The translations under genes and the position numbers were made by a program. This document shows, one piece after another, positions 17,262-26,481 of a stretch of DNA of 48,202 nucleotides; positions within the stretch are counted from its first letter, which is position 1; each line of letters opens with the position of its first letter. Origin of the DNA: Acidobacteriota bacterium. GTDB lineage: Bacteria; Acidobacteriota; UBA4820; DSQY01. The stretch spans positions 1 to 48,202 of the forward strand of contig JARRNO010000001.1 of assembly GCA_037384885.1 (NCBI GenBank), read 5' to 3'. The notes below the pieces were generated by a model, which saw only the letters and a program-made list of their open reading frames with translations, was not told the origin of the DNA and did not search any database.

Positions 17262-18977
17262 GTGAAGGGACATTTCAAATTTTTCTGGGTATTGCTGGCC
17301 TCCATCCTTCTTCTCGCGGGACTGAGCCAGACTGTCTTCCACGCGATTCCCGGATCGGCCGGACCCCGCTCGCCTGCGTCGCTGTCCAGCCTCCCCCTTG
17401 ATACCCTCTATTCGCTGCTCCGCATGACGGCCGCCTATCTCATCTCCCTGCTGTTCTCCCTGCCCTACGGGTACTATGCGGCCGCCAAACCCAAGGTGGG
17501 ACGGATCCTCTTGCCCCTCCTGGACATCCTTCAATCCATTCCCGTCCTCGGCTTCTTTCCCGCAGCGGTCTTCTTTTTCGTGGCATTGACCGGCGGCGGC
17601 CGCTTCGGTGTCGAGATGAGCTGCGTCTTCCTGATCTTTACCGGACAGGCCTGGAACATGGCCTTTGGTGTCTATGAGTCCTGCTCCACGGTTCCCCGCG
17701 ATTTGACGGAGCTTGGCCATTCCTACGGCCTGTCCCGCAGCCAGCTGTACAGGAGGGTGTATCTCCCTGCATCCGTTCCGAAGCTCGTATACAACTCGAT
17801 GATGTCCTGGGCGGGCGGCTGGTATTTTCTCATCGCCTGCGAAATCATTGCGGTGGGGCCGGTGCACTATGATCTTCCCGGGCTGGGATCCTTTCTAATT
17901 CGCACCACAGAGCAGGGCAGAATCGCGGATACCTTCATCGGACTCGGAGCGCTAGTCCTGATCATCGTGGCCATGGATGTCGCTGTCTGGCGCCCGCTGA
18001 CGGGCTGGTCCGCACGCTTCCGCTACGAACTTGCCGCATCATCGCTCGTCCGGAAAGAAGGGAGGCGCCGCCACGAACGCCAGCGCGGGCGCGTCAACCG
18101 CCGCATCCGCTTGTTTTATGGCCGCGTCTTCCGGAGGCGCCTCAAGCACGCTCAGAACCAGTTCTGGGAAAGAATCGTCCGGGTGCGGCTCCGCTCGGAA
18201 AGGGTGGCGCGCGCGGGAAGGTGGGGCTGGACGGTTCTCGGCTGGGCGACGTCATTCCTCTTCGTCTTGCTCATGGGGTACGCCCTATACAAGGTCGCGC
18301 TTGCGCTTGCCCAACCCTGGCCGGCCGAAGCCCGCAGGATCCCCCTTGCCATGCTTTATTCCACTCTTCGGATGATCGTGGCTTATGTCCTGGCGCTTTC
18401 CTGGACCATCCCCATTGCGGTCTGGGCGGGAAGCAGCAAGCGGATCATGCAGATCGTCCGCCCCGCGGCGCAGATCGGGGCCTCCATTCCCGCCACCGCG
18501 CTCTTTCCCATCATCGTAATCCTCGTCATCAATCTCTTCGGTGGAATGAATCTCGCCTCAGTCATCCTGATTCTCACGGGCATGCAGTGGTACCTGCTGT
18601 TTAACCTTCTCTCGGGCGTGGAATCCATTCCTCAAGAGCTCAAGGAAGCCTCTCAGTCCCTGGGGCTGACCAGGTGGCAGCGTTTCCGGCGACTCACGCT
18701 TCCAGCGATTCTTCCCTCCTTGATTACGGGAAGCATCACCGGGTGGGGCGGCGGCTGGAACGCCCTCATCGTTTCGGAGTACCTGAATTTCAGCCATAAA
18801 ACCTACTGGGTGCCAGGCATCGGCGCCATGCTGGACCGGGCGACGTACGACCTCGGGAACATTACCCTGATGGTACTTTCGCTGAGCACCATGGTGCTCG
18901 TAATCGTGCTTTTGAACCACTTTTTCTGGAGAAGGTTGTATAATCTCGCGGCGGAGCGTTTTCGCCTGGACCTCTAA
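17262..18977 (+). CDS. ABC transporter permease, tandem-fused (two BPD_transp_1 modules), NitT/TauT-like
   Basis: 571 aa with a GTG start. The two halves are homologous (LRMTAAYLISLLFSLPYG / LRMIVAYVLALSWTIPIA, and GLSRSQLYRRVYLPASVP / GLTRWQRFRRLTLPAILP) and are joined by an Arg-rich linker. Confidence 0.85.
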   Translation: MKGHFKFFWVLLASILLLAGLSQTVFHAIPGSAGPRSPASLSSLPLDTLYSLLRMTAAYLISLLFSLPYGYYAAAKPKVGRILLPLLDILQSIPVLGFFPAAVFFFVALTGGGRFGVEMSCVFLIFTGQAWNMAFGVYESCSTVPRDLTELGHSYGLSRSQLYRRVYLPASVPKLVYNSMMSWAGGWYFLIACEIIAVGPVHYDLPGLGSFLIRTTEQGRIADTFIGLGALVLIIVAMDVAVWRPLTGWSARFRYELAASSLVRKEGRRRHERQRGRVNRRIRLFYGRVFRRRLKHAQNQFWERIVRVRLRSERVARAGRWGWTVLGWATSFLFVLLMGYALYKVALALAQPWPAEARRIPLAMLYSTLRMIVAYVLALSWTIPIAVWAGSSKRIMQIVRPAAQIGASIPATALFPIIVILVINLFGGMNLASVILILTGMQWYLLFNLLSGVESIPQELKEASQSLGLTRWQRFRRLTLPAILPSLITGSITGWGGGWNALIVSEYLNFSHKTYWVPGIGAMLDRATYDLGNITLMVLSLSTMVLVIVLLNHFFWRRLYNLAAERFRLDL

Positions 18978-18998
18978 ATGCCTTTATGCTAGATTGGA

Positions 18999-19757
18999 TT
19001 GAATATGGGCAAGATTCTCGAGCTGACCAACGTCTCCAAGTCTTTTCCCTACGGGAAAGGCTCCCTGCCTGCGTTTGAAGACGTCTCCTTCAGCGTCGAA
19101 GAAGGCGAATTCGTGGTAATTGTGGGCTCCTCGGGCTGCGGCAAAAGCACTCTTCTCAGAACGATTCACGGCCTGCTCCAACCGAGTTCCGGAGTTGTGA
19201 CCTACCAGGGCAGGACCAGCCAGGGGGTGAATCACGATTTCGCCATGGTATTCCAATCCTTCGCCCTTCTTCCCTGGCTGACCGTTATCCAAAATGTGGA
19301 ACTGGGCCTGGAACCCAAAGGTTATTCGGCCCAGGAGCGCCGGCACAAGGCCATGTTCTACATCGACAAGGTCGGGCTCGACGGCTTCGAGGAAGCCTAC
19401 CCGCGGGAACTTTCGGGCGGCATGAAGCAGCGCGTGGGTCTGGCAAGGGCCCTTGCAGTAGAACCCGCCATTCTCCTGATGGACGAACCCTTTTCGGCGC
19501 TGGACGCCCTGACCGCGGCCTCGCTCCGCGAGGAAGTCATGGAACTTTGGAAAGACCGGGAAATTCCCGTGAACACCATCATCATGGTGACGCATATTAT
19601 AGAAGAAGCGGTGGAAATGGCCGACAGGATCTTGATCTTCAACGGACATCCGGGGGAGCTTTGCATGGACCGTCCGGTGCAGCTGCCCAGACCAAGGGAC
19701 CGGAGGGACCGGTCCTTTTCCGAAATCGTGGACCAGGTTTTCGAAGCTATCGCGTGA
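18999..19757 (+). CDS. ABC transporter ATP-binding protein (NitT/TauT family)
   Basis: Walker A GSSGCGKST, signature LSGGMKQRV, Walker B ILLMDEP. Confidence 0.9.
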   Translation: MNMGKILELTNVSKSFPYGKGSLPAFEDVSFSVEEGEFVVIVGSSGCGKSTLLRTIHGLLQPSSGVVTYQGRTSQGVNHDFAMVFQSFALLPWLTVIQNVELGLEPKGYSAQERRHKAMFYIDKVGLDGFEEAYPRELSGGMKQRVGLARALAVEPAILLMDEPFSALDALTAASLREEVMELWKDREIPVNTIIMVTHIIEEAVEMADRILIFNGHPGELCMDRPVQLPRPRDRRDRSFSEIVDQVFEAIA

Positions 19758-19763
19758 AGGAGC

Positions 19764-20261
19764 ATGTTCATGGACGTGGACCCGTTACCTCTGGCAGAAA
19801 TAAGCAGGATTCTGGGACTGCTGGAGATACTCGACGATCACGGCGGCAGGCAGGACATTTACAAGCTCGCCAAAGAACTTCAGTTTGAATCGAGCGACCT
19901 CGTAGATGTGATCCGGGGCGCGGAGACGCTCGGACTCGTCACCACGCCCGGAGGAGACGTGGACATCCTTGAGAGCGGGACCGAAGTGGCCAAGGGGGAC
20001 GCCAACACCATCAAGGCCATTCTGCGGAGCCGCATGCTCGAAATTCCCCTGTTCCAGTATGTCAAGGGGAAACTCGAAGAGGAAGAAGACCACCAGATGC
20101 CCCGCAGAAAGGTTGAAGAGCTCCTGACGCAAATACTCCCCACCTACAACCCGGAAGAACAGTTTCTCGGCCTGGTCAACTGGGGGCGTTACGCGGAGAT
20201 TTTCGGCTACAACAGAGACCACGACATCTTTTATCTCGACGAAGGCCAGACGCTGGAGTAA
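19764..20261 (+). CDS. Stand-alone AAA-associated C-terminal domain protein (AAA_assoc_C-like)
   Basis: 165 aa, 6 nt after the ATPase gene. LLEILDDHGGRQDIYKLAKELQFESSDL..VIRGAETLGLV resembles the domain normally fused to NitT/TauT ATPases. The family call rests on recall and has not been searched. Confidence 0.55.
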   Translation: MFMDVDPLPLAEISRILGLLEILDDHGGRQDIYKLAKELQFESSDLVDVIRGAETLGLVTTPGGDVDILESGTEVAKGDANTIKAILRSRMLEIPLFQYVKGKLEEEEDHQMPRRKVEELLTQILPTYNPEEQFLGLVNWGRYAEIFGYNRDHDIFYLDEGQTLE

Positions 20262-20435
20262 GCTCGAGGAACGCCGCGGGTTCTGAGACGGACGAGTTCC
20301 TCCCCGAGGAAGCGCGCATGCCGGAAAGGCCGGCGTGCCGGTAAAGGACGGATCGCGCTGCTCAACCGGCGTGCCGCGATGCCGGATCGACGGCGGGGTG
20401 CGAGTTGGCAACGCCGTTCCCCCGACAGGATCACG

Positions 20436-21425
20436 ATGAAGAAAAGAACCCGACGTGTTCTTGCCACCTTTTTCGGACTCATCCTGTTCGGCGTGGCTGT
20501 TTTCGTCCTCTATCACGACATACGCAATTACAACTTTCACAAGGTGCTCGCGTACATCCAGGGGTTTCCCATCCACCGACTCATCCTGGCGTTCGTCTTC
20601 ATGGTGCTGGATTACTGGGTGCTGACCGGGTACGACACGCTCGCCGTACACTACATCGGGCGCAAGCTGAAATACCGGAGGGTCGCCTTTGCTTCTTTCA
20701 TCGGCTATGCCTTCAGCCACAACATGGGAACGCCTGCGTTAAGCGGCGGCGCCGCCCGGCTCCGCGTATACAAAAGCTGGGGGCTCTCCACGATGGAGAT
20801 CACCCAGATCGTCGCGTTCTGCACGCTGACCTTCTATCTCGGCTTTTTCGCCATGGGCGGCACCGTCTTTCTTTTCGAGCCGCTTCCCCTTCCGAAAGAC
20901 TTGAGGCTCCCCTGGGTGACCGTTCGCCCCCTCGGCATTATCTTCCTGTTTCTCCTGGCCGCCGTCACCGTCGCCGTTTTCATTCTCCGCAGGCCCATTC
21001 ACATTTACAAATGGACCATTCCGCGCCTGTCTCCCCGCGTGTTCGGGCTCCAGCTTCTGGTCGCCCTCGGCGATTGGCTTCTGGCCAGCAGCGTGCTCTA
21101 CGCCCTGCTGCCTCCGAGTAAACATATCGCCTACTACAATTTTCTGGGAGTTTTCCTGTTGGCCCAGATCACCGGGCTCGCCAGCCAGGTTCCCGGCGGA
21201 CTGGGCGTCTTCGAAACGGTCATCTGGTTTTTGCTGAAATCGAGCTTCCCGCCTTCGGCCCTGCTAACTTCCCTGCTTGTTTTCAGGGGCATTTACTACC
21301 TGGTGCCTTTCTTCGCGGGCGCGATCATGCTCGGCGTCCACGAGTTGACTGCAAAGCGGAGACGGCGTAAAAGAAGGGCGCTCCCTTCCGGCGGGAAACC
21401 GCGAGACGGGGGAAGAGCGGGTTAA
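20436..21425 (+). CDS. Lysylphosphatidylglycerol-synthase TM-region (UPF0104 / YbhN-like) membrane protein
   Basis: Start MKKRTRRVL with AGGA 5 nt upstream. About 8 TM segments. The motif QVPGGLGVFE is typical of the family. Confidence 0.7.
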   Translation: MKKRTRRVLATFFGLILFGVAVFVLYHDIRNYNFHKVLAYIQGFPIHRLILAFVFMVLDYWVLTGYDTLAVHYIGRKLKYRRVAFASFIGYAFSHNMGTPALSGGAARLRVYKSWGLSTMEITQIVAFCTLTFYLGFFAMGGTVFLFEPLPLPKDLRLPWVTVRPLGIIFLFLLAAVTVAVFILRRPIHIYKWTIPRLSPRVFGLQLLVALGDWLLASSVLYALLPPSKHIAYYNFLGVFLLAQITGLASQVPGGLGVFETVIWFLLKSSFPPSALLTSLLVFRGIYYLVPFFAGAIMLGVHELTAKRRRRKRRALPSGGKPRDGGRAG

Positions 21426-21452
21426 AAGTGCGGGAGCCGCAGGCGTTCGGAT

Positions 21453-22502
21453 TTATCTGAAAACGACGCCGCGGGCGCCAGGCTCGAGTTCTCCGATCAC
21501 ATACGGGTTCTCACCGCGGGATTCCAGCTCGCGCAGAACCCTGTCCGCCGATCCGGCGGCCGTGCAAAGCACGAAGCCCACACCCAGGTTAAACGTCCTG
21601 CGCATGTCTTCCTCCGGGACGTGTCCCGCCTCCTGAAGAACCTTGAAAAGGGGATGGACCCGAAGCGAGGTGGTGTGAATCACCGCGCGGACGCCCTCTG
21701 GCAGAATTCTGGGCAAATTGTCCGGCAGGCCTCCCCCGGTGATATGCGCCAACCCGTGAACGTCCGTACCCGCCTCAAGAAGCTCCATGACGGGCTTCAA
21801 ATAGGACCGATGCACTGCTAATAGAGCATCTCCCACCGTACATCCCAACGCTTCAAGATGCGAATCGATCCGCAGTTTCATGCGTTCAAAGAAAATGCGC
21901 CTGGCGAGGGAATATCCATTGGTATGAAGGCCTGTGGAGGGGAGTCCCACGAGAATATCTCCCGGCCCCACATCCCGGGGCAGGAGTCGCGGGCGGGCTA
22001 CAAGACCGACGATAAATCCGGCCAGATCGAAATCCTCTCCCGCATAAAGCCCCGGCATTTCGGCCGTTTCACCGCCGATGAGGGCACAACCGTTTTCTTG
22101 GCAGGCGGCCGACAACCCTTCCACAACGGACGCGAGGCGATCCGGCACCAGTCTTCCCGCGGCGAAATAGTCCAGGAAAAAAAGCGGGCGCGCTCCCTGG
22201 ACGAGAATATCGTTGACGCAGTGATTCACCAGGTCCCGGCCCACGGTGTCGTAGCGTCCTGCCATCTGGGCCACCTTGAGCTTCGTGCCCACGCCGTCGG
22301 CCGAGGCTGCGAGAACTCGGCTGCCCGGGTCGCCGGGGTCCAGCGCGAACAGTCCGCCGAATGAACCGATGTCGGAAAGGACGCCGGAAGTGAAGGTCGC
22401 CCCAGCCAGCCGCTTGATTTTCGCCAGAGCCCGGTCCTGCGCGTCGATGTCAACGCCTGAGTCCTTATACGTATTTCCGTCTTTCACGGGGGATCCCCTC
22501 AT
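21453..22502 (-). CDS. purM: Phosphoribosylformylglycinamidine cyclo-ligase (AIR synthetase)
   Basis: YKDSGVDIDAQD, SADGVGTKLKVA and GGETAEMPG. The true start may be the GTG at 22487, which has GAGGGGA upstream. Confidence 0.9.
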   Translation of the reverse strand: MRGSPVKDGNTYKDSGVDIDAQDRALAKIKRLAGATFTSGVLSDIGSFGGLFALDPGDPGSRVLAASADGVGTKLKVAQMAGRYDTVGRDLVNHCVNDILVQGARPLFFLDYFAAGRLVPDRLASVVEGLSAACQENGCALIGGETAEMPGLYAGEDFDLAGFIVGLVARPRLLPRDVGPGDILVGLPSTGLHTNGYSLARRIFFERMKLRIDSHLEALGCTVGDALLAVHRSYLKPVMELLEAGTDVHGLAHITGGGLPDNLPRILPEGVRAVIHTTSLRVHPLFKVLQEAGHVPEEDMRRTFNLGVGFVLCTAAGSADRVLRELESRGENPYVIGELEPGARGVVFR

Positions 22503-22510
22503 CGAACAGG

Positions 22511-25054
22511 TTATAACTGGAACTTCCGGACGTCCTGGTTCAGGCTGCCTGTTCCCTGCTGGAGTCTTCCGGCGGCCTCGGACAGGTCGCGGAACCCCTT
22601 TTCGAGGCGGCGGGCGCCTTCCATCAGTTCCGTCATGGCCTCGTAAATCGCCGCCGTCTCTTTCGCCTGGCCCTGAACCGACTGGGTAGTCGCCTGGCTG
22701 TCGTCCGTGATCTTGGAAACGGCTTCAGTAATGACCCGCGCGCCCTTGGCCTGCTCCTGGGTCGCATTTCTCAGCTGGTAAGCCACGTTCCGGACCTTTT
22801 CCGCTTCGCCGTTCAGGAATTGAGTGCTGTTCACCTGTTCCTGCGTCGCCTTCCGGATGCTTTCGATCATTTCGAAAATGCGCTGCATGGTTCTGTTCGC
22901 CGATTGGCCTCCGTGCGCAAGTTCATCGGTCGCCGTGGCGATCCGCTTGCTCATCTCCTCCTGGCTGGACGCCGATTCCAGGATCGTCCGGAGGGTCTCC
23001 GCGGCCTGCTTGGAAAGATCCGCGGAGTTCTCAACCACCTTGAACGAGTTCTGAATCGCGTCCGTCATGGCTTCGCCGCCCGAGGTCAGGGAGCGGATCA
23101 GCGCCCGGATCTCCTTGGCGTTGTTTGCCGTCCTTCCAGATAATTCCCGGATCTGGGTGGCTACTACCGCAAAGGACCGGCCGTGTTCTCCGGCGCCGGC
23201 GGCGATGATCGAAGCGTTGAGCGACAACAGGTTCGTCTGCTCGGTGACGTCCTGGATGACATCCACGATACGGCCGATACGTTCAATGCTTCCGTTCAGT
23301 ACTTCGAGGGTTTTCAGACTTTCTTCACCGGCCAGCCGGCTGCGCAGAATCTCGTCTTCCACGGCCGCCACCGCGCTGAACCCGTCTTCCGCATCTGAGG
23401 TGACCTTCTGGGATGCATCCAGCAGGGCTTTGGCGTTTCGTCTCGTCTCTTCCAGGGCGGCGTCCAGCTCCGTAAGGAAGGAGACAGATTCCTGCGCCGC
23501 CTCGAGCAGCTGGCCGGAACCCTCGCTCACTTCCTGGGCGCTCGCGGCGATCTGGTTGGACGAAGAGGCCGTCTTCTCCACCGTATCCATCAACGTCTCT
23601 GCGTTCCCGGCGATCTCTTCCACACTCGCCTGCATTTCGAGGATCGTGGAAGACACGTCCTGGGTGGTGCCGACGATTTGCCCCATGGAAGAGCCGATCC
23701 TCGACATGCCGTCTTCAAGAGCCTTTGCAGCATGAGTGGTCTTTTCGGCAAAATCCGACTGCCGGTCCACTTCCTGGTTGAGGGTGCGGCTGACCTTTAC
23801 CGTTTTTGCGACCTCTTCTTCAACGACCGCGGAGGCCTGCAGGACCTTTGATGTCATGGTCCTCAGAATGTCGAAGGAAGTACGAAGGTTGTCGGCCACG
23901 TGTCCCAACTCGTCATCCGACCAGATGGGCACCGCCTCGCGCAGATCCCCGGAGGCGAGCCTGCCGCTGTAGGCGTTGATCTTGGCGAGAGGGTTGGACA
24001 TATCGCCGCCCAAAAGCCAGACGTAGCCACCCAGCACGAGAAGCGTCAAGAGGAAGAAGATTGCCGAGATCCACAGGAATCCGACGCGAATCTTTGTGAG
24101 CGACATGGGAGTCGCCGTGATCACAAGCCACTGTTCATGCCCCAGGGGCAAGAGATTTACCCGGCCCTCCGGAGTCCAGACTTCGCCCCTTTGCCTGAAG
24201 GCGTTCACCCGTTTCAGCCAGGCGCCCACCCGCTTGTTCAAAGCGTGAGCCCCTGTTTCGGCGAGAACGCCTCCTGCGCGATTCACTGCCGCCATGTTGT
24301 AGAGATCTGAATGGAAACGCTTCAGAACCCCCTGCCATTGATTCGGCGGAGACCCCTTCAAGGCATTCTGAGCCGCCACCGCGTGAGGATGGCCCTCCTG
24401 AAGCGCCACGCTTTCCATGGCCGCACCGATGCGGGCGTAGAAGAGGATGCCGTAGGCCAGGAATGCCAGGATGGTCATGGCCAGGACGGACAAAACAACC
24501 TTGCTTCGAAAGGAAACGCGCCAGCGCCCCACTGCCGGAACCTTCCCTAGCTGAGACTGCACCTCTTCGAGAAGCTTCCGCAGACGGGACTTTCCGATGA
24601 AATAGGACATGGAAAGGCTGATGGTCGCGAGGATCGCCCCGGTGAACACGAAAGCCAGGGACGACAGGAAGGTCCCCACCAGCCAGATCTGGTCCACGAT
24701 CACAAGAAGTACAACGGCCATGATCCACATGATCAGGCCGAACCGCTGGGAACGCGGCACGAAGGCGGCGAGGTGTTCGTACAGCCTTTCGAGTTCGTCC
24801 TGGCCGAGAGGCCGCCCTTCCCGCCTGGCGGCCTTGTACTCACGAATGGGGGGGAGCAGCTTGGCGCGGAAATAGAGGATTCCGAGAATGCGTGCAAAGA
24901 CAAGGATGACAAGAATACTGATGAGGTAATATTCGAGAAACTGGGAGGCGATGGGGAGGACAACCGTCAGATAGGCGGTGGAGAGAACCAGCCCCGCCAG
25001 GATGACGGAGATCTCCAGGACCCAGGCGGGAAGCTTGAATCTGAAGCGCGTCAT
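22511..25054 (-). CDS. Methyl-accepting chemotaxis protein: 6 predicted TM segments, small extracytoplasmic loop, HAMP, long signalling domain
   Basis: Hairpin-tip motif EQTNLLSLNASIIAAGAGEHGRSFAVVATQIRELSGRT. The start ATG at 25054 overlaps the purF stop (ATGA). Confidence 0.85.
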   Translation of the reverse strand: MTRFRFKLPAWVLEISVILAGLVLSTAYLTVVLPIASQFLEYYLISILVILVFARILGILYFRAKLLPPIREYKAARREGRPLGQDELERLYEHLAAFVPRSQRFGLIMWIMAVVLLVIVDQIWLVGTFLSSLAFVFTGAILATISLSMSYFIGKSRLRKLLEEVQSQLGKVPAVGRWRVSFRSKVVLSVLAMTILAFLAYGILFYARIGAAMESVALQEGHPHAVAAQNALKGSPPNQWQGVLKRFHSDLYNMAAVNRAGGVLAETGAHALNKRVGAWLKRVNAFRQRGEVWTPEGRVNLLPLGHEQWLVITATPMSLTKIRVGFLWISAIFFLLTLLVLGGYVWLLGGDMSNPLAKINAYSGRLASGDLREAVPIWSDDELGHVADNLRTSFDILRTMTSKVLQASAVVEEEVAKTVKVSRTLNQEVDRQSDFAEKTTHAAKALEDGMSRIGSSMGQIVGTTQDVSSTILEMQASVEEIAGNAETLMDTVEKTASSSNQIAASAQEVSEGSGQLLEAAQESVSFLTELDAALEETRRNAKALLDASQKVTSDAEDGFSAVAAVEDEILRSRLAGEESLKTLEVLNGSIERIGRIVDVIQDVTEQTNLLSLNASIIAAGAGEHGRSFAVVATQIRELSGRTANNAKEIRALIRSLTSGGEAMTDAIQNSFKVVENSADLSKQAAETLRTILESASSQEEMSKRIATATDELAHGGQSANRTMQRIFEMIESIRKATQEQVNSTQFLNGEAEKVRNVAYQLRNATQEQAKGARVITEAVSKITDDSQATTQSVQGQAKETAAIYEAMTELMEGARRLEKGFRDLSEAAGRLQQGTGSLNQDVRKFQL

Positions 25055-26436
25055 CTCTTTTCCTTTTCGAAGAGAAGCCTCTGTTTGGCCGGCCATTTGT
25101 CCCATTTTACCGGGTACTCGGCGCCGAAACAAGCGCGGCAGAAGCTTTCGGACTCATCGCTCACCGCCGAAACCAGTCCTTCGTGACTCAGGTATCCCAC
25201 GGAATCGGCCTCCACAAAGCTTCGAATGCCGTCGAGATCGAGATTCGCCGCCAGCAGTTCGGCGCGGTCCGGGGTGTCGATCCCGTAAACGCAAGGGTTA
25301 ACGATTGGAGGGCTCGAAAAACGAAGGTGAACCTCGCGGGCGCCTGCTTCCCTCACCATGCGGACGATTTTCCGGGAGGTGGTTCCCCGAACCAGTGAGT
25401 CGTCCACCAGCACGACGCGGCGTCCTTCGAGGAGCTCCGGCACCGGATTGAGCTTGATGCGGGCCGACAGGTCGCGGATGCTCTGCCTGGGGGCGATAAA
25501 GGTCCTCCCGATATAGTGGTTCCGGATCAATCCCCAAACCAGCGGGATCCCGCTCGCCTCGCTGTAGCCGATCGCCGCCGGTGTTCCCGAATCGGGTATG
25601 GGAACAACGATGTCGGCATCTGCGGGCTGTTCCACAGCCAGATTCCTTCCCAGACGAATGCGGACCGGGAAGACGACTCTTCCGAAGAGCCTCGTGTCGG
25701 GTCTGGCAAAATAGACATATTCGAAAATACAAGGATAGCGTTTGATCTCCGGAAAGGGTTTATGCGATTGAAGACCCTTTTCGTCGATCACGACCACTTC
25801 GCCCGGTTCGATTTCCCTCACGAAATGCGCGCGCAGCAGGTCAAGGGCGCATGTTTCGGAACAGAGAATGGCGGCGCCGTCCATTTCACCGAGAACCAGC
25901 GGTCTGAAACCCCACGGATCCCGCACTCCTACGAGCGCGTTTCCACAAAGCATGACCATGCTGAAGGCGCCGTGAAGGTGGCGGAAGCTGTCGATCAGGG
26001 CGTCGATGGGATCGTTTTGGGAGGAGCGCGCAAACTGGTGGAGCACCACTTCCGAATCGGTCGTGGAGGCGAAAATGGCGCCTTCCCTTTCCAGGCGCTC
26101 GCGCAGTTGTGCGCCGTTGACGAGATTCCCGTTGTGTCCGAGGGCCACATGTCCGTGCTGCGTGGAAGCGACGATCGGCTGGGCGTTCCTCAGCTGCGAG
26201 TCTCCGGAAGTGGAATACCGCACGTGGCCGATGGCGACGTCCCCGGGAAGGTCCGAAAGATCCCGGCCCCCGAAGACCTCGGAAACCAGGCCCATGCCCT
26301 TCTGGACATGCATGAGGCTCCCGTCCCAGGAAACCACTCCCGCGGACTCCTGGCCACGGTGCTGAAGACCGTAGAGCCCGTGAACTGTAATTTTCGCCGC
26401 GTCGGGACACCCGAAAATCCCGAAAACTCCACACAT
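25051..26436 (-). CDS. purF: Amidophosphoribosyltransferase
   Basis: MCGVFGIFG... with N-terminal nucleophile Cys, plus the PRPP-binding VVLVDDSLVRGTT. Confidence 0.95.
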   Translation of the reverse strand: MCGVFGIFGCPDAAKITVHGLYGLQHRGQESAGVVSWDGSLMHVQKGMGLVSEVFGGRDLSDLPGDVAIGHVRYSTSGDSQLRNAQPIVASTQHGHVALGHNGNLVNGAQLRERLEREGAIFASTTDSEVVLHQFARSSQNDPIDALIDSFRHLHGAFSMVMLCGNALVGVRDPWGFRPLVLGEMDGAAILCSETCALDLLRAHFVREIEPGEVVVIDEKGLQSHKPFPEIKRYPCIFEYVYFARPDTRLFGRVVFPVRIRLGRNLAVEQPADADIVVPIPDSGTPAAIGYSEASGIPLVWGLIRNHYIGRTFIAPRQSIRDLSARIKLNPVPELLEGRRVVLVDDSLVRGTTSRKIVRMVREAGAREVHLRFSSPPIVNPCVYGIDTPDRAELLAANLDLDGIRSFVEADSVGYLSHEGLVSAVSDESESFCRACFGAEYPVKWDKWPAKQRLLFEKEKR

Positions 26437-26481
26437 GGGCCTGCCCCTCTAGTGTGGGCCGCCTCGAACCCGGGCGGAGGA

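Noticed and set aside
16956-17867. 303-aa minus-strand ORF covering the intergenic region and the ABC permease 5' end. This also applies to 7149..8099, 11891..13156, 3113..4030, 41885..42733, 19785..20720, 18984..19649 and 35598..36308.
   Set aside because: All of these overlap well-supported genes on the opposite strand or out of frame. They have the Arg/Gly/Pro-rich composition expected of non-coding frames in GC-rich DNA.
20318-20386. Short GC-rich repeats upstream of the LPG-synthase-TM gene: CCGGCGTGCCG at 20330-20340 and 20366-20376, and ATGCCGGA at 20318 and 20379.
   Set aside because: They are only 8-11 nt long and built from CCGG/GCC units that are common in this GC-rich DNA. There is no palindromic or promoter context, so the evidence is too weak to call a regulatory site.
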